The notes under the pieces were generated by a model. It ran no database searches, was not told the DNA's origin, and saw nothing but the letters and a program-made list of their open reading frames with translations. This document shows positions 20,834 to 31,461 of a stretch of 64,000 bases of DNA, one piece after another; positions within the stretch are counted from its first letter, which is position 1, and each line of letters starts with the position of its first letter. The translations under genes and the position numbers were made by a program. This DNA comes from Candidatus Thorarchaeota archaeon. Lineage in GTDB: Archaea > Asgardarchaeota > Thorarchaeia > Thorarchaeales > Thorarchaeaceae. The stretch spans positions 736,001 through 800,000 of the forward strand of contig CAVSBO010000003.1 of the NCBI GenBank assembly GCA_963726195.1, read 5' to 3'.

Positions 20834-21916
20834 CTAGAATCTGTCGACCAACACGTCCATGATTCTCTTTGCAGCATCACCTGAGCCGTACGGGCAGGGC
20901 CTGTCTTGATGAAGGTCTGAGGCGACTGCCTCTCTAATCATGCTTGGGAATACAGTCGGGTTCACGCCAACGACTACAGCATGACCAGACTCGACCGATT
21001 CAGGTCTCTCCGTTGTGACCCGCAGTACAAAGACGCTCTTGTTCAGAGACGGGGCCGTGACCTCTTCCTGAATTCCACCTGAATCAGTTATTACGTAGGA
21101 ACACATATCCATGAGCCGAAGGAAATCGAGATACCCAAGTGGTTCGACTATCTGTATGGACCCACTGCTCCGAAGCAAGCTCATCAGGCCGAACTCGTTG
21201 AGGCGGGCGACAGTCCTTGGATGAGCGGGAAACACTATCTTTGTGTCGAGAGAAAGGAGTCCGCCAATGAGACCCTGAAGAGTGGCCTTGTCATCAACAT
21301 TCTCAGCTCTGTGCAGAGTCATGAGAGCAAAGGTCCCTGCCTTTAGACCTGGAACGGCACTCTTTCGCTTCCTTGCTTTTGGCAGAATCGTTTCAAGAGC
21401 ATCTATCACCGTGTTGCCGGTTACAAAGATTTCTCCCAGGACATGCTCTTGCCTGAGCGTATCAGCACAATGCTCAGTGGGTGCAAAAAGATAATCAGAT
21501 GCATGATCTGTCAGACGCCGGTTGTATTCCTCGGGCATCCTTTTGTCAAAGCTTCGGAGCCCAGCCTCGATGTGAGCAAAGGGCACATGCAGTTTGACTG
21601 CGGCCAAGGCCGCTGAAAGAACGGCGTTTGTATCACCTAGGGCAGCCACGAAACTCGGTTTTTCTTTGACCAGTTCATTCTCTATGCCAACAAGTGCTCT
21701 GGCAGTTTGCTCCCCTTGTGTTCCTGAGCCAATGTTCAGGTTCTTGTCAGGATTGCGCAGACCCATGTCTACGAAGAATGAATCACTCATATACTCTGTA
21801 TAATGCTGGCCTGTATGCAACAGATAGTACTCGATTCCTCTTCTATCACACTCGTGGATAACGGGCGAGATTTTCACTATCTCAGGCCTTGTCCCCACTA
21901 CGAGAAATGGTTTCAA
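20834..21916 (-). CDS. wecB: UDP-N-acetylglucosamine 2-epimerase (non-hydrolysing)
   Basis: GTRPEIVK, HTGQHY, GDTN, HIEAGLRS, MPEEYNR, TLHRAEN, TDSGGIQEE, TERPE. Confidence 0.97.
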   Translation of the reverse strand: MKPFLVVGTRPEIVKISPVIHECDRRGIEYYLLHTGQHYTEYMSDSFFVDMGLRNPDKNLNIGSGTQGEQTARALVGIENELVKEKPSFVAALGDTNAVLSAALAAVKLHVPFAHIEAGLRSFDKRMPEEYNRRLTDHASDYLFAPTEHCADTLRQEHVLGEIFVTGNTVIDALETILPKARKRKSAVPGLKAGTFALMTLHRAENVDDKATLQGLIGGLLSLDTKIVFPAHPRTVARLNEFGLMSLLRSSGSIQIVEPLGYLDFLRLMDMCSYVITDSGGIQEEVTAPSLNKSVFVLRVTTERPESVESGHAVVVGVNPTVFPSMIREAVASDLHQDRPCPYGSGDAAKRIMDVLVDRF

Positions 21917-22025
21917 TCAGTTCGACCGAAAGCAATTGGCTTGAACTGCTTCATAAGGATGGCGTCACTCCACACTATGAACAGAGATTAAGAACGGTCG
22001 AATCAAACGAGTCCGCATGCCATTC

Positions 22026-22775
22026 TTAATGACCTGAGGGCAGCCCGGCAGCACCCCGTGGTTTCCCTTTCGTGCGAGCATCAACAGACGGAATCATTTC
22101 GTTTAGAGAACCCGTAACAAGCTCGGCACCGAAAGACAGCAGAGTTTCTCTACTTGTCTCTCCGGTTGTTACACCCCAGAAGGTTATTCCGGCTCTCATG
22201 GCTGCAACTGCATCAATTGAAGCATCGCCGACATATACTGCCTCGGCCAATTTCACGCCCAGTTTGCTGACTACCGCCATCAGTCCATCTGGGAAGGGCT
22301 TCGGCGTTGGAGACTCGTTTCGGGTTTGGATTACATCAAACAGAGACGCCATCGGGATAATCTCAAGGACAATGTCCACAGCTTGACGACCATTATTGGT
22401 AAGTATAGCCGTCTTGAGACCCTTTGACTTCAGCACGTGCACAGCATCAAGTGCTCCATCAATGGGTCTGACATTTCGAGCTGCGCCGGCCTCATACTCG
22501 CTCAGCATCGACTCTATGTATTCCTCAATCTGTTGCCACTGTGCAAGAACCACGCCATGAGACAAGAAGTACGACTTTGCTTTGAATATCGAGTCTGAAA
22601 TGCCATCAGACGGATCGAGCATCTCTTTTGGTAAACCGTTGTCGTAGAGGTACTGCTTGGTTTCTCTACGCATTGCATCGAGAGGGACGGTCAGCATAGT
22701 CAAGGTGCCGTCCAAGTCAAATATGACAGCCTTGAGCTTCGGCCGTTCCTGTCGATTGTCACGGTCATGATGCAC
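22026..22775 (-). CDS. HAD-IA hydrolase (phosphoglycolate phosphatase-like)
   Basis: IFDLDGTL, LTNN, PKPFPDGL, YVGDASID. Confidence 0.85.
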   Translation of the reverse strand: MHHDRDNRQERPKLKAVIFDLDGTLTMLTVPLDAMRRETKQYLYDNGLPKEMLDPSDGISDSIFKAKSYFLSHGVVLAQWQQIEEYIESMLSEYEAGAARNVRPIDGALDAVHVLKSKGLKTAILTNNGRQAVDIVLEIIPMASLFDVIQTRNESPTPKPFPDGLMAVVSKLGVKLAEAVYVGDASIDAVAAMRAGITFWGVTTGETSRETLLSFGAELVTGSLNEMIPSVDARTKGKPRGAAGLPSGH

Positions 22776-22874
22776 CCGAGTCTAACCTCCTACTTCCCAA
22801 TGAACGAGCCTATCACTCAGACGACAGAGTTGAGCACACCTCGGGTAAAGCGGACCATATTTGTCAGGAGGTTT

Positions 22875-23375
22875 TCATTTGCTAGGCTGAGTGATGAGAG
22901 CCTTCACGCACGTTGCATCTTCGGTGGCGGCTCTTACAACCTCCATCTTCACGACCGGCGCGACGCCCTCTGCCAATGCCTTCATGTAAGGCAGGCATAC
23001 TACATCGCAATACACCTTTCCGTGGGCAACAAACGACTCATGCTGGGGGCAGTATGGATGGTGAGCTTCAACGCGATTCTTTGATACCCAATGAGGCTCC
23101 ATTTTTGCGCCCATAATGGGACCTATGATTTTCCAGGCATTTAGGGAGTCCTTCAGTGTATTCTTGAGACCGAGGCGAGCTTTCATGGTTTCAGCGTCCT
23201 GTTGACCAAGCCTTCGAAACACTTCGGAGACAGCCTCAAGACCTTCTTGGCCGAGCTTCTCTTCAAGAACGATTGGCATCTCAGTCATCAGCCGAACTAT
23301 GTTGCCCCTCAGCTCAGTGACCTTACTGCCGGCAGGTACCCAACCCCTGACCGCAGCCGCTTTTTGTATACCCAT
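22875..23375 (-). CDS. ATC-hydrolase/V4R-like (NO-signalling/TRAPP-fold) small-ligand-binding protein
   Basis: LEEKLGQEG...LG, YCPQHE, YCDVVC, DATC cysteine pattern. Confidence 0.55.
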   Translation of the reverse strand: MGIQKAAAVRGWVPAGSKVTELRGNIVRLMTEMPIVLEEKLGQEGLEAVSEVFRRLGQQDAETMKARLGLKNTLKDSLNAWKIIGPIMGAKMEPHWVSKNRVEAHHPYCPQHESFVAHGKVYCDVVCLPYMKALAEGVAPVVKMEVVRAATEDATCVKALITQPSK

Positions 23376-23644
23376 TTGTGAGCCTCCGATGCCTTACGAA
23401 AGAAGCAATCGGTTGAACAATGCCGGATGACAGGCATCTATTAGTCTTGTCATAGGTGTGCTGCCGAGAGAATAGGGCATCGCGAATGCCAGTATGGCCT
23501 CTGTTCTGATTCAGCCACTAGTAGCATCATTGAAGCTCTGAACTACACGTACGAATCATCCACGAAAGAGCGACGGAGAGCTTGTTGAATTGGTTCAGCA
23601 ATCTTCTTTAGGCTAGGCCAAACGCCTATGAACCGGGCTGTTCC

Positions 23645-24667
23645 ATGAAGGGAATAGAGGGAATAGACCTCGGCAGCATGAGAAGCATGGTAGCCGCATT
23701 TCCTCAGCTTTTGTCAGCTGGCAAGCTGGAAGAATCGCTAGAGGAAAAGGCATCAGAAGCTTTCCAGCATGGGATTAAGGGACTCTGTCTGTGCGGCATC
23801 GGCGGAAGTGCAATCGCAGGCGAAATCTCACGCAGTCTTGTGATTGATGAATCGCCAGTGCCCATCCTAATGGCGAGAGACTATTCAATTCCAAAAGCTG
23901 TTGGCAGGGACTGGGCAGTCATTGTCACTAGCTATTCAGGTGACACGGAAGAAACTCTGTCTTCGTTTGACGAAGCCATGGCGAGGAAAGCTACTGTCTT
24001 TAGTATCACTACAGGCGGCGAACTTGGGCGAAGGGCAAAGGCAGGAACTATCCATCTGATAGCAGAAGGACTCCAGCCACGTGCCGCACTTCCTTTGGTG
24101 TTCCGCGGGCTTCACACGCTGGTCGAGACTGCCTTGGGTCTCACCGAGACTGACTTTGACACGATCTCGAGAAGGCTATCAAGATTCGCGAAATCATGGG
24201 GAAAGACAGTAGAATCTCCTGACAAACTCGCGCGGATGCTCGGGAACTCAATACCTCTCTTTGCAGGATGGAAGCACCTAGGAGCGGTCGCCTACAGAGC
24301 TAAGTTTCAGATATGTGAGAATGCAAAGGGCGTTGCCATGTGGTGCGAAATGCCCGAGGCCAGCCACAACGAAATCGAAGCGTCGGCCTCCTATCTCGAC
24401 CACTCTGTAGTTCCCGTTTTCCTGCGCAGCAAGTATGAAGAGAAGCGAACAGCGAGAAGATTCGACCTTGTATCAGATGTATACTCGGACGCCGGCTGCA
24501 AGCCTCTGCACATCATGGTTGAGAGCGACTCCAGAGTGGAGGAGGCATTAAGTATGGCACACTACCTTGACACCGTATCGGTCGAACTTGCTGACTTCAG
24601 AGGCGTCGATTCCCTTCATGTGAACAAGATTGCAGAGCTTAAGGCTAGGCTGTCACGTCCATACTAG
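23645..24667 (+). CDS. Bifunctional phosphoglucose/phosphomannose isomerase (SIS)
   Basis: GIGGSAIAG, SYSGDTEET, TTGG, QPRAALP, QICENAK, PEASHNEI. Confidence 0.9.
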   Translation: MKGIEGIDLGSMRSMVAAFPQLLSAGKLEESLEEKASEAFQHGIKGLCLCGIGGSAIAGEISRSLVIDESPVPILMARDYSIPKAVGRDWAVIVTSYSGDTEETLSSFDEAMARKATVFSITTGGELGRRAKAGTIHLIAEGLQPRAALPLVFRGLHTLVETALGLTETDFDTISRRLSRFAKSWGKTVESPDKLARMLGNSIPLFAGWKHLGAVAYRAKFQICENAKGVAMWCEMPEASHNEIEASASYLDHSVVPVFLRSKYEEKRTARRFDLVSDVYSDAGCKPLHIMVESDSRVEEALSMAHYLDTVSVELADFRGVDSLHVNKIAELKARLSRPY

Positions 24668-24675
24668 GTGTCTTC

Positions 24676-25218
24676 TCAAATCGGAGTGTAGCCATCGTAG
24701 ACGAAAAGCAGCACTCGCCAAGACGGAAACTGACTCTGAAAGAAATAGTAGCTCAGAGTGAGCGTCACGGCGAATGTCCAGTTCCCACTTAGCGAAGCGT
24801 TGTACAGAATCTGCTTGTCAAGTAGCTCAGAAATCGTGCTGCCAACTGTGAAGTTCTTATCGTACCCTGCCGTAATACTCCTTTCAGAAGCAAGAATCAC
24901 ATCTTTTTGGAACGTCGTATACGCGATAAACTCCCCATCCAGGTACACAGATGCTGACAGGTGGGTGAGAGTCATTTGTCCATTCGTGAAGTAAGGGGCC
25001 TTCAGATTGAAGACCATGACAAGGGTTGGGTTAACAGATTCGTTTGACGGATTGAGGTCTGCAATCCTGACATCCTCAAGGGTCACCGCCAAGTACCTGG
25101 CAATGGTGTAGGTGCCAGTATAGTAGGAAGTATTCGAAATCAAAGATGTGCCACTCACGAGACCTGTAAGTATAATAAGAATGACAATTGCGTTCTGAGA
25201 TTTCGTGCTTGCTATCAT
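24676..25218 (-). CDS. Membrane-anchored beta-rich protein (LEA_2-like)
   Basis: N-terminal TM; beta-strand-rich remainder (ASVYLDGEFIA); several NxS/T sequons. Confidence 0.5.
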   Translation of the reverse strand: MIASTKSQNAIVILIILTGLVSGTSLISNTSYYTGTYTIARYLAVTLEDVRIADLNPSNESVNPTLVMVFNLKAPYFTNGQMTLTHLSASVYLDGEFIAYTTFQKDVILASERSITAGYDKNFTVGSTISELLDKQILYNASLSGNWTFAVTLTLSYYFFQSQFPSWRVLLFVYDGYTPI

Positions 25219-25293
25219 TGGATGTCAGGTTGTGACAGATTCACACGAGATATTTCCTTTCCGTTCAGCGCACAAGGTGCTTTGTAGACCGGG

Positions 25294-26155
25294 CTACAAT
25301 GCAAGAACACTCATGTGCACAAGCCATGGAAAGAGCGCAATCAGCGCCGGTAGGGGTATTGCCGGTAGAATGACTCCTTCTCGCACGAGTACGGTCACAT
25401 TGATTAATATCCCAAAAACCAGAAGGATGGCAGTCATTGCCCAAACATGAAATGGAAAGAAGACCACCGAATGCGCGGCTATCAAAGAGAATGTTATGTA
25501 GTCTCCTGCTCCAACTGCCCGCTCTGCTGGATTTGATTCGTGCGTAATCAAAGGGATCTGAACCAGCTGGTTCACTCATCTGTTCAGGACTTGCAGCTGA
25601 CGAATACCTCGTAAGAAGATAGTCTTCCACGGCTATCGATATTACAATCACGACAATGCTTGTGGTCACCATTGTGATTCCAAGGAAAGTACCAAACACA
25701 CTGCCGTAGAATCCCGCAAACGCACTGCGGACTGTGGGGGGAACTACGTCAATTACTATCAGCACTATCGAAAGCATTGAGATAGCCAGTGATAAAAGAA
25801 GAACCAAAGCCATCAGTATGTTCGTTGAACCTTTGAACATCACCAAGAGTAGTGATTCTCCAGAGAATAGCGAAATGAATCCAAGTATGGGTGACACGAC
25901 AAGTGCTACAACTAGTTTCCGTCCCCTCCGACCTCCCCTCTCCGTAATCCAAAAGAGAGCCAGCACCACTGCCATTCCAAGAAGAGTAGAGACGACAGCT
26001 TGCACAGCTATCTCTGCCACAGAGAAAGCGCGACTCCGTGCGATCAACTGGCCGATGAGCGAGGAACCTAGGACTGACACAGCGATTGCTGAGCCCAGAA
26101 TCAGCGGCAGCAGAGAAAGAACAAGAAGCGTACGGCGGTCCTTGTCAAGCCTCAT
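25294..26155 (-). CDS. Presenilin/SPP-like GxGD intramembrane aspartyl protease, frameshift near 25530
   Basis: Joining the two ORFs gives ~9 TM segments, AVEDYLL (first Asp), AVGAGDYITF (GxGD) and LPAIP (PAL motif). Confidence 0.75.
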
Positions 26156-26279
26156 TTTCAGGTTCCAACCGAAGACTTCGTACCGCCCGTTATATGGGAA
26201 TCCGTCAGAGCAATTTCTGACGAGAAGAAGACTTACCTCAGGCGAACTTAGAGACCACTTTGATTATGGAAAGGGCACG

Positions 26280-26311
26280 AAAAAAAGGAGGGGAGGGGAC
26301 TACTGTCCCCT
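26280..26311 (-). terminator. Hairpin plus T-run after the substrate-binding protein gene
   Basis: AGGGGAC-TACT-GTCCCCT and an adjacent A7 run on the plus strand. Confidence 0.55.
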
Positions 26312-26322
26312 GCTGAATCAGA

Positions 26323-28158
26323 CTATCCTACTTCTGTTCTCATTAGGACATATCCGCCAACGAGGATGACCACTGCGGCTCCGACAGCACCTGCGACAAT
26401 CGCCAATGTGATGTTCGGTCCGGCCTCAGGCGTTGTGGTAGTAGTCACAGTGTGTGGAACACCGTAGAAGTAATTCTTGTTGTAGGTTTGCTCAGTGAAC
26501 TCCCCTGCAACGAAGTTGGTCACATTGAAGGGCCCCGACGTTACCATCAAGTCAGTTGGTGGCTTGGGGTTCCAAGTGTTCCAGTTGGTGGTGAGTATCC
26601 CATTGCTGACGAAGTAGTGCTTCGGGATTATCGTTTGGTACCCACACGCATGCAAGTGCCAGTACGAGACTGTGGAGAACTCTACTACACACTGGTAGGT
26701 GGTCTTTGCATATGCTGCCGTCATGTCCTTGAGGACCGGTCCAAATGGATTGCCTGGTGCGTCTCGGTAGAAGTTGAGACTGAAGGCTACATCTTCTGCC
26801 GTTAGCGGCTGGCCATCAGACCATGTTGCGTTCTGAATCATGTTGAAGGTGATCCTCGTATGACCTGATGGCACAGAGGAATCGTCAGCATGTGTAGCAA
26901 CGGTCCATGTAGAGGCGAGCCATGGCAAATCAATGCCTTGGGAGTCTGTGGCAATCAACGAGTCATACATCTGGGCCAGAATGTTCCATGCGTAGGCTGA
27001 TGTGGTTGCCATTAGGTTGAAGGAGTCAATGTCCTGTGGAAGGCTCCAGATGAATGAACCACCAAAGGGTCCGCCTTGGGCAGCCTGCAAATGTACCTTG
27101 TAGTTTGTCCAGAAGCCGGGCACTCCGTGCATTGCATCGTTGACATATCCTTCGAACTTGTCAGTCCTGTAGGCTGACAACAGAGTGTTCTCGTAGAGGA
27201 TGATCTCAGGGCAGTTGTAAATGAAGATCTTCTGCATCTCTTGCGCCGCTTGGTACACTAGTGTGTAGTTCGTTGAGTGCAAGAGCTGCTCTCTCCACGA
27301 ATCGTAGGTCGAGTTGGCCCAGCATGGTTCGTTCTGGAACGGCTCGTTAACGTAGCCAGACCAGAAGTTGTAACCGAGCCAATCCACATCATAAGTGTAG
27401 AAGGATAGACCATGGAACAAGATGTCGTAGTCTTGGTGGTGTTCAGCTGCAATGTAGAACGTGTTGAAGTCGGCTGAGTTGAGAACTGCGTTTATGCACA
27501 GGGCCTTGAGGGTGTTGACAACTACTGTAGCAGTCGCAACGGCTATCGCGCTGGACCCAGAACACACCACAACGGGCTTAAACAAGGCGCCGTTGGGAGC
27601 CTCTCTCCATCCGTCAGCGTTAATATCATAGAAACCGGACTGGTTCAGAAGCTGATTGGCCAGTAGCATGTTCGACTCGTAGTAGGTGTAAGGCATTGAA
27701 CCCTCGACTGAGTATGGGTTGACTGCTGGCACACATGAGTCGAGTGGCTGTGACAGACCTGCCCACACCGTATCCGAGATCTCATTCTTGTCCACTGCGA
27801 AGGCGATCGCCCGTCTGAGGCCAGTGATGGTGAACGGGTACTTGTCACACTTCATGGTGATGAAACCGTAGCCATTTCTCGGCACGTTAACGACGTGGAT
27901 GTTGTCTGCCGCCTGTAAAGACGCCAGGAATTGCGGATCGACCATCTCACCGATTAGGTCGATCCCACTGTTTAACAGCGAGAGGACTTCTTGGTCACCG
28001 CCGACAATCACCTTGAAGACGATTTTGTCAACATACGGGCCGGTCTTTGCACCGCCGGGCACCGTTGCTGCCGATCCCATTATGGGAGATATCGCCATCA
28101 AGACGAAAGACAGGGCAAGGGTGATACCAAGTACCCTCTTCGCGCGACTAGTGAGCAT
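26323..28158 (-). CDS. oppA: ABC peptide transporter substrate-binding protein (SBP family 5) with C-terminal TM anchor
   Basis: Signal peptide, LRRAIAFAVDK, WSDGQPLTAEDVAFS, TSGPF, Thr-rich linker plus TM; domain order circularly permuted. Confidence 0.9.
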   Translation of the reverse strand: MLTSRAKRVLGITLALSFVLMAISPIMGSAATVPGGAKTGPYVDKIVFKVIVGGDQEVLSLLNSGIDLIGEMVDPQFLASLQAADNIHVVNVPRNGYGFITMKCDKYPFTITGLRRAIAFAVDKNEISDTVWAGLSQPLDSCVPAVNPYSVEGSMPYTYYESNMLLANQLLNQSGFYDINADGWREAPNGALFKPVVVCSGSSAIAVATATVVVNTLKALCINAVLNSADFNTFYIAAEHHQDYDILFHGLSFYTYDVDWLGYNFWSGYVNEPFQNEPCWANSTYDSWREQLLHSTNYTLVYQAAQEMQKIFIYNCPEIILYENTLLSAYRTDKFEGYVNDAMHGVPGFWTNYKVHLQAAQGGPFGGSFIWSLPQDIDSFNLMATTSAYAWNILAQMYDSLIATDSQGIDLPWLASTWTVATHADDSSVPSGHTRITFNMIQNATWSDGQPLTAEDVAFSLNFYRDAPGNPFGPVLKDMTAAYAKTTYQCVVEFSTVSYWHLHACGYQTIIPKHYFVSNGILTTNWNTWNPKPPTDLMVTSGPFNVTNFVAGEFTEQTYNKNYFYGVPHTVTTTTTPEAGPNITLAIVAGAVGAAVVILVGGYVLMRTEVG

Positions 28159-28332
28159 TGATCTCTCTATCTCCTCCGAGTCTAAAGCGGTTAGGCTTCC
28201 TGTCCGGACAGCCGACATAAAAGCGTTATGTTGAACGCCGAACACATCTGGTATTAGTATCTCATCAGATGGTCCCGGCCTAAGAAATGAAGTCTCAGGT
28301 TTTCACGGTCTCCAAGCGGCGCTTATCCCATG

Positions 28333-29898
28333 TTACCTTACCCTGAGCCGCGGGTTCAAAACCTCGTCCAACGTGTGACCAACAAAAGTGAAAGACAGCG
28401 AAAGCAACGTTATCATGAGACCTGGGAAAATCACCACCCACCAAGCTCCGTTAGAGAATCCTCCTGAGTTCTGAGCATCGGCAAGCATTCTTCCCCAGCT
28501 AGGCACGTTGGGATCGGTGAGACCCAGAAATGATAGACCCGACTCAGAGAGAATTGCGCCCACAACCCCCAACGTGATATCCGCGAAGAGGAGAGGAGTT
28601 ACATTCGGGAGTATGTGCCTCCACATTATGTAAGTGTCGGATGCGCCAATAGCCCTCGCGGACTCGACGTAGGCCTTGTGCTTCTCGGCCATGACCTGGG
28701 ACCGTATCAACCGAGACGTCCCAGTCCAACCCAGTATGGAAATCACTATGATAATATTCCACTGACTCCTGCCAAGAAACGCTGCCAACACCATCATCAG
28801 CGGAAGGCCGGGAATTACCAAGAGGAAATCGACACATCTCATCAAGATCTCGTCGACTTTGCCGCCGAAATAGCCAGCAGACAGTCCAACTGCTACCCCC
28901 ATAATGGAAGATAATGCGGTGGCTGTCACGCCAATCGTAAGAGAGACCCTAGACCCAAAGACAAGCTGGCTCCAGGCGTCAGCGCCCTTGTCCGTCGTTC
29001 CCAGTAGACCGAAATACTGCCCGTAAGTAATCATGCTGAGCCTCCGGACGCTGAGGCTCACTGAGCCGTTTGTACCTTGATTCAGCTGCATGAAATTGGT
29101 GGGAGCAAGTCCAACTGCGATTGTTAGCCTATCCGAAGGGTCCTCATGGTTGATTATTCCCTGCCAACCGTCTAGTATTGCAAAGTAGTTGAGGTATGTT
29201 CTCCGCTGCTGATACACTGTGGAGTACGGAGGATAGGACTGGTACACTTCTCTCCAATTACCAGACGAATCAATGAGCCAGACGTAGACTTTGAACAGGG
29301 GGCCGCCGTTCTTGGTTGAAGCGAAGCCGCCAGTCATGTTGACCGGGTAATCTATTGTCATATTCACACTTGACGGGAGCCTGCTGTATGTCCACTCGAA
29401 GGTATAGCCAAAGTACACGAAGTCTAGGGAGTCGGGGAGATTGCCTGTTAGATCAAGAGGTGTACGGAAATGCAGAGTCTGGTTGGCGAGATGGGTCCAT
29501 TTCAAATCAATGTTGTTGAAGTCAGATCCGTCTTGCGATAAGTGTTGATTGTAAGAAAACTGAGCAGGTGATGTCCCATTCACAATGAAACTCGGCGGTA
29601 GCCCCAATTCCGGGTCTTGAACTACGTCATGTGTCACAACTCCTCCGGGGTCGAAGACCTGCATCCAACCGGGGGCAAGGAAGTTTCCGCCAACCCTGTC
29701 GTTTGGGGAAGGACTGTATTGGACAAAATAGGGGGCTCCGATTGCCATACCGATGAAAAAGGCTAACCCAAGAATGCCGAGCAGCCCTATATTATGATGG
29801 GAGCATTCCTTTAGAAAACTTGAGACGCTGATGTACCAACCAGTGTCGCGCCAGCCTTTCTTTGCTCTCTTTCTGTCTGCTAAGTAAGACACCTGCAA
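28333..29898 (-). CDS. oppC: ABC peptide permease OppC/DppC, copy 1, with large extracytoplasmic insert
   Basis: LGTTDKGADAWSQLVFGSRVSL, AYVESARAIGA (EAA loop), HILPN, PSWG, LNPRLR. Confidence 0.9.
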   Translation of the reverse strand: MQVSYLADRKRAKKGWRDTGWYISVSSFLKECSHHNIGLLGILGLAFFIGMAIGAPYFVQYSPSPNDRVGGNFLAPGWMQVFDPGGVVTHDVVQDPELGLPPSFIVNGTSPAQFSYNQHLSQDGSDFNNIDLKWTHLANQTLHFRTPLDLTGNLPDSLDFVYFGYTFEWTYSRLPSSVNMTIDYPVNMTGGFASTKNGGPLFKVYVWLIDSSGNWREVYQSYPPYSTVYQQRRTYLNYFAILDGWQGIINHEDPSDRLTIAVGLAPTNFMQLNQGTNGSVSLSVRRLSMITYGQYFGLLGTTDKGADAWSQLVFGSRVSLTIGVTATALSSIMGVAVGLSAGYFGGKVDEILMRCVDFLLVIPGLPLMMVLAAFLGRSQWNIIIVISILGWTGTSRLIRSQVMAEKHKAYVESARAIGASDTYIMWRHILPNVTPLLFADITLGVVGAILSESGLSFLGLTDPNVPSWGRMLADAQNSGGFSNGAWWVVIFPGLMITLLSLSFTFVGHTLDEVLNPRLRVR

Positions 29899-30207
29899 CT
29901 AGTAAGGACATGAGGCAAGCATGAGTTAACTCACATATCCGATGTTCGTGTTTGACTGGACATACGGCACTGTGCTTCGGTTCGCGCAGTCGTGGCGCTT
30001 AATAACATTGCGAACAAAGTAACCTCTACCGCGCGTCAAGATGATGAAAGGATGCCCATACAAATCCTAGACGCAAACAACAAACCCCGAGTCTCTTCTT
30101 GGCAGAGTCTGATCACCTGAAGAGAAGCGTCACATAGGCTTGTGCATCTCACTGTCCCCAGCGACACTGCAATGCGGGAGCTTCAACCCCGCATTAGGCA
30201 TCGTGTT

Positions 30208-31269
30208 CTATCCGTACTTGATACGGGGATCGAGGACACCGTACAGCATGTCTGCCACAAAGTTCGCAAGAACGGCTGTTATGGCAATGATCATGAATAT
30301 GGCTTGCGACACTGGGTAGTCCATGGCGATAAGACTGGTGAAGATGTATCTGCCTAGTCCATACCAGTTGAATACTGTCTCTGTCATCGTCGCACCGTTG
30401 ATTAGAAAACCGAAAGTCATTGCGATTACAGTCACCATGGGCAACATGGCATTCTTCAGTCCGTGCTTGTACAGGACCTGGTTCTCATCAAGCCCTTTGG
30501 CGCGGGCAGTAAGAATGTAGTCTTCCGTCATCACATCAATGAGGTTGTTGCGCATGTAAAGGAAGTAACCGCCGTAACCTCCTACACCCAACGCTATCAT
30601 CGGCAAGAACAGATGTTGAAGTATGTTGCCGGCTACCATGAGCGCTCCGAATGGACTCTGTTGGGCGGCCACCCAAAGAGTGTAATCAATCGTGCCTCCG
30701 AGTGGGAAACCTATTGCGACACCGAATACAGCCCGCGTCAGGTTAGGCAACCAGAAGGAGAAAATCATCAACAACATGAGTCCGAACCAGAAGATCGGAA
30801 GAGCATAGAGAGCCAGCGCAACGGTCACTGCACCGACATCCTTCCTCGAGCCCGGATCAACAGCGACTTTCACACCAGTCCAAATGCCGAGGACAATCGC
30901 AACAATCGACGAGGTACCCATTAGGAGGAGCGTGTTTGGCAGACGTGCCATAATCTCGTCGACAACTGGTTGCTGGCTAACAAACGAGTAACCGAAGTTC
31001 CCGGTCAGCATACTGACTAAATATCTCCAGAACATGTAAATCCAGTCAAATATGTCCGGATTAGGAACAAGCCCAAACCTAGCATAAAGCTGCAGAAGCA
31101 ATTGACGCGACATGTTCCTACGCAACTGGTCATTAATCATCAAGTCTACAGGGCTCACGCCTAGCAGGAGTGTTGGAAGCCTGAAGAGGAAGAAGTTGAA
31201 ACAGACTACAGCTATGATAAGCAGGAACATGTAGAGGCTTCTTCTAATCACGTACTCACGAAGTCCCAT
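30208..31269 (-). CDS. oppB: ABC peptide permease OppB/DppB
   Basis: GNFGYSF, RLPNTLLL, EDYILTARAKGL, TETVFNWYGLG, LDPRIKY. Confidence 0.95.
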   Translation of the reverse strand: MGLREYVIRRSLYMFLLIIAVVCFNFFLFRLPTLLLGVSPVDLMINDQLRRNMSRQLLLQLYARFGLVPNPDIFDWIYMFWRYLVSMLTGNFGYSFVSQQPVVDEIMARLPNTLLLMGTSSIVAIVLGIWTGVKVAVDPGSRKDVGAVTVALALYALPIFWFGLMLLMIFSFWLPNLTRAVFGVAIGFPLGGTIDYTLWVAAQQSPFGALMVAGNILQHLFLPMIALGVGGYGGYFLYMRNNLIDVMTEDYILTARAKGLDENQVLYKHGLKNAMLPMVTVIAMTFGFLINGATMTETVFNWYGLGRYIFTSLIAMDYPVSQAIFMIIAITAVLANFVADMLYGVLDPRIKYG

Positions 31270-31461
31270 TGTTGATACTCCTGTTGATGATATTGAACCA
31301 GTGCATATCGTTCCTAAGTACTCGGTTCAAGTTTGGAACCCACTCGCTCTCCTAATAAGCCTGATGATTCGAGAAGCCCTCCTCGGCGAGTGATGAGCCT
31401 GTTTGAACGTGAATCCGCGAAGAATCCGATTCAGCCAGACTCATCATCAAGACGATTCGTG

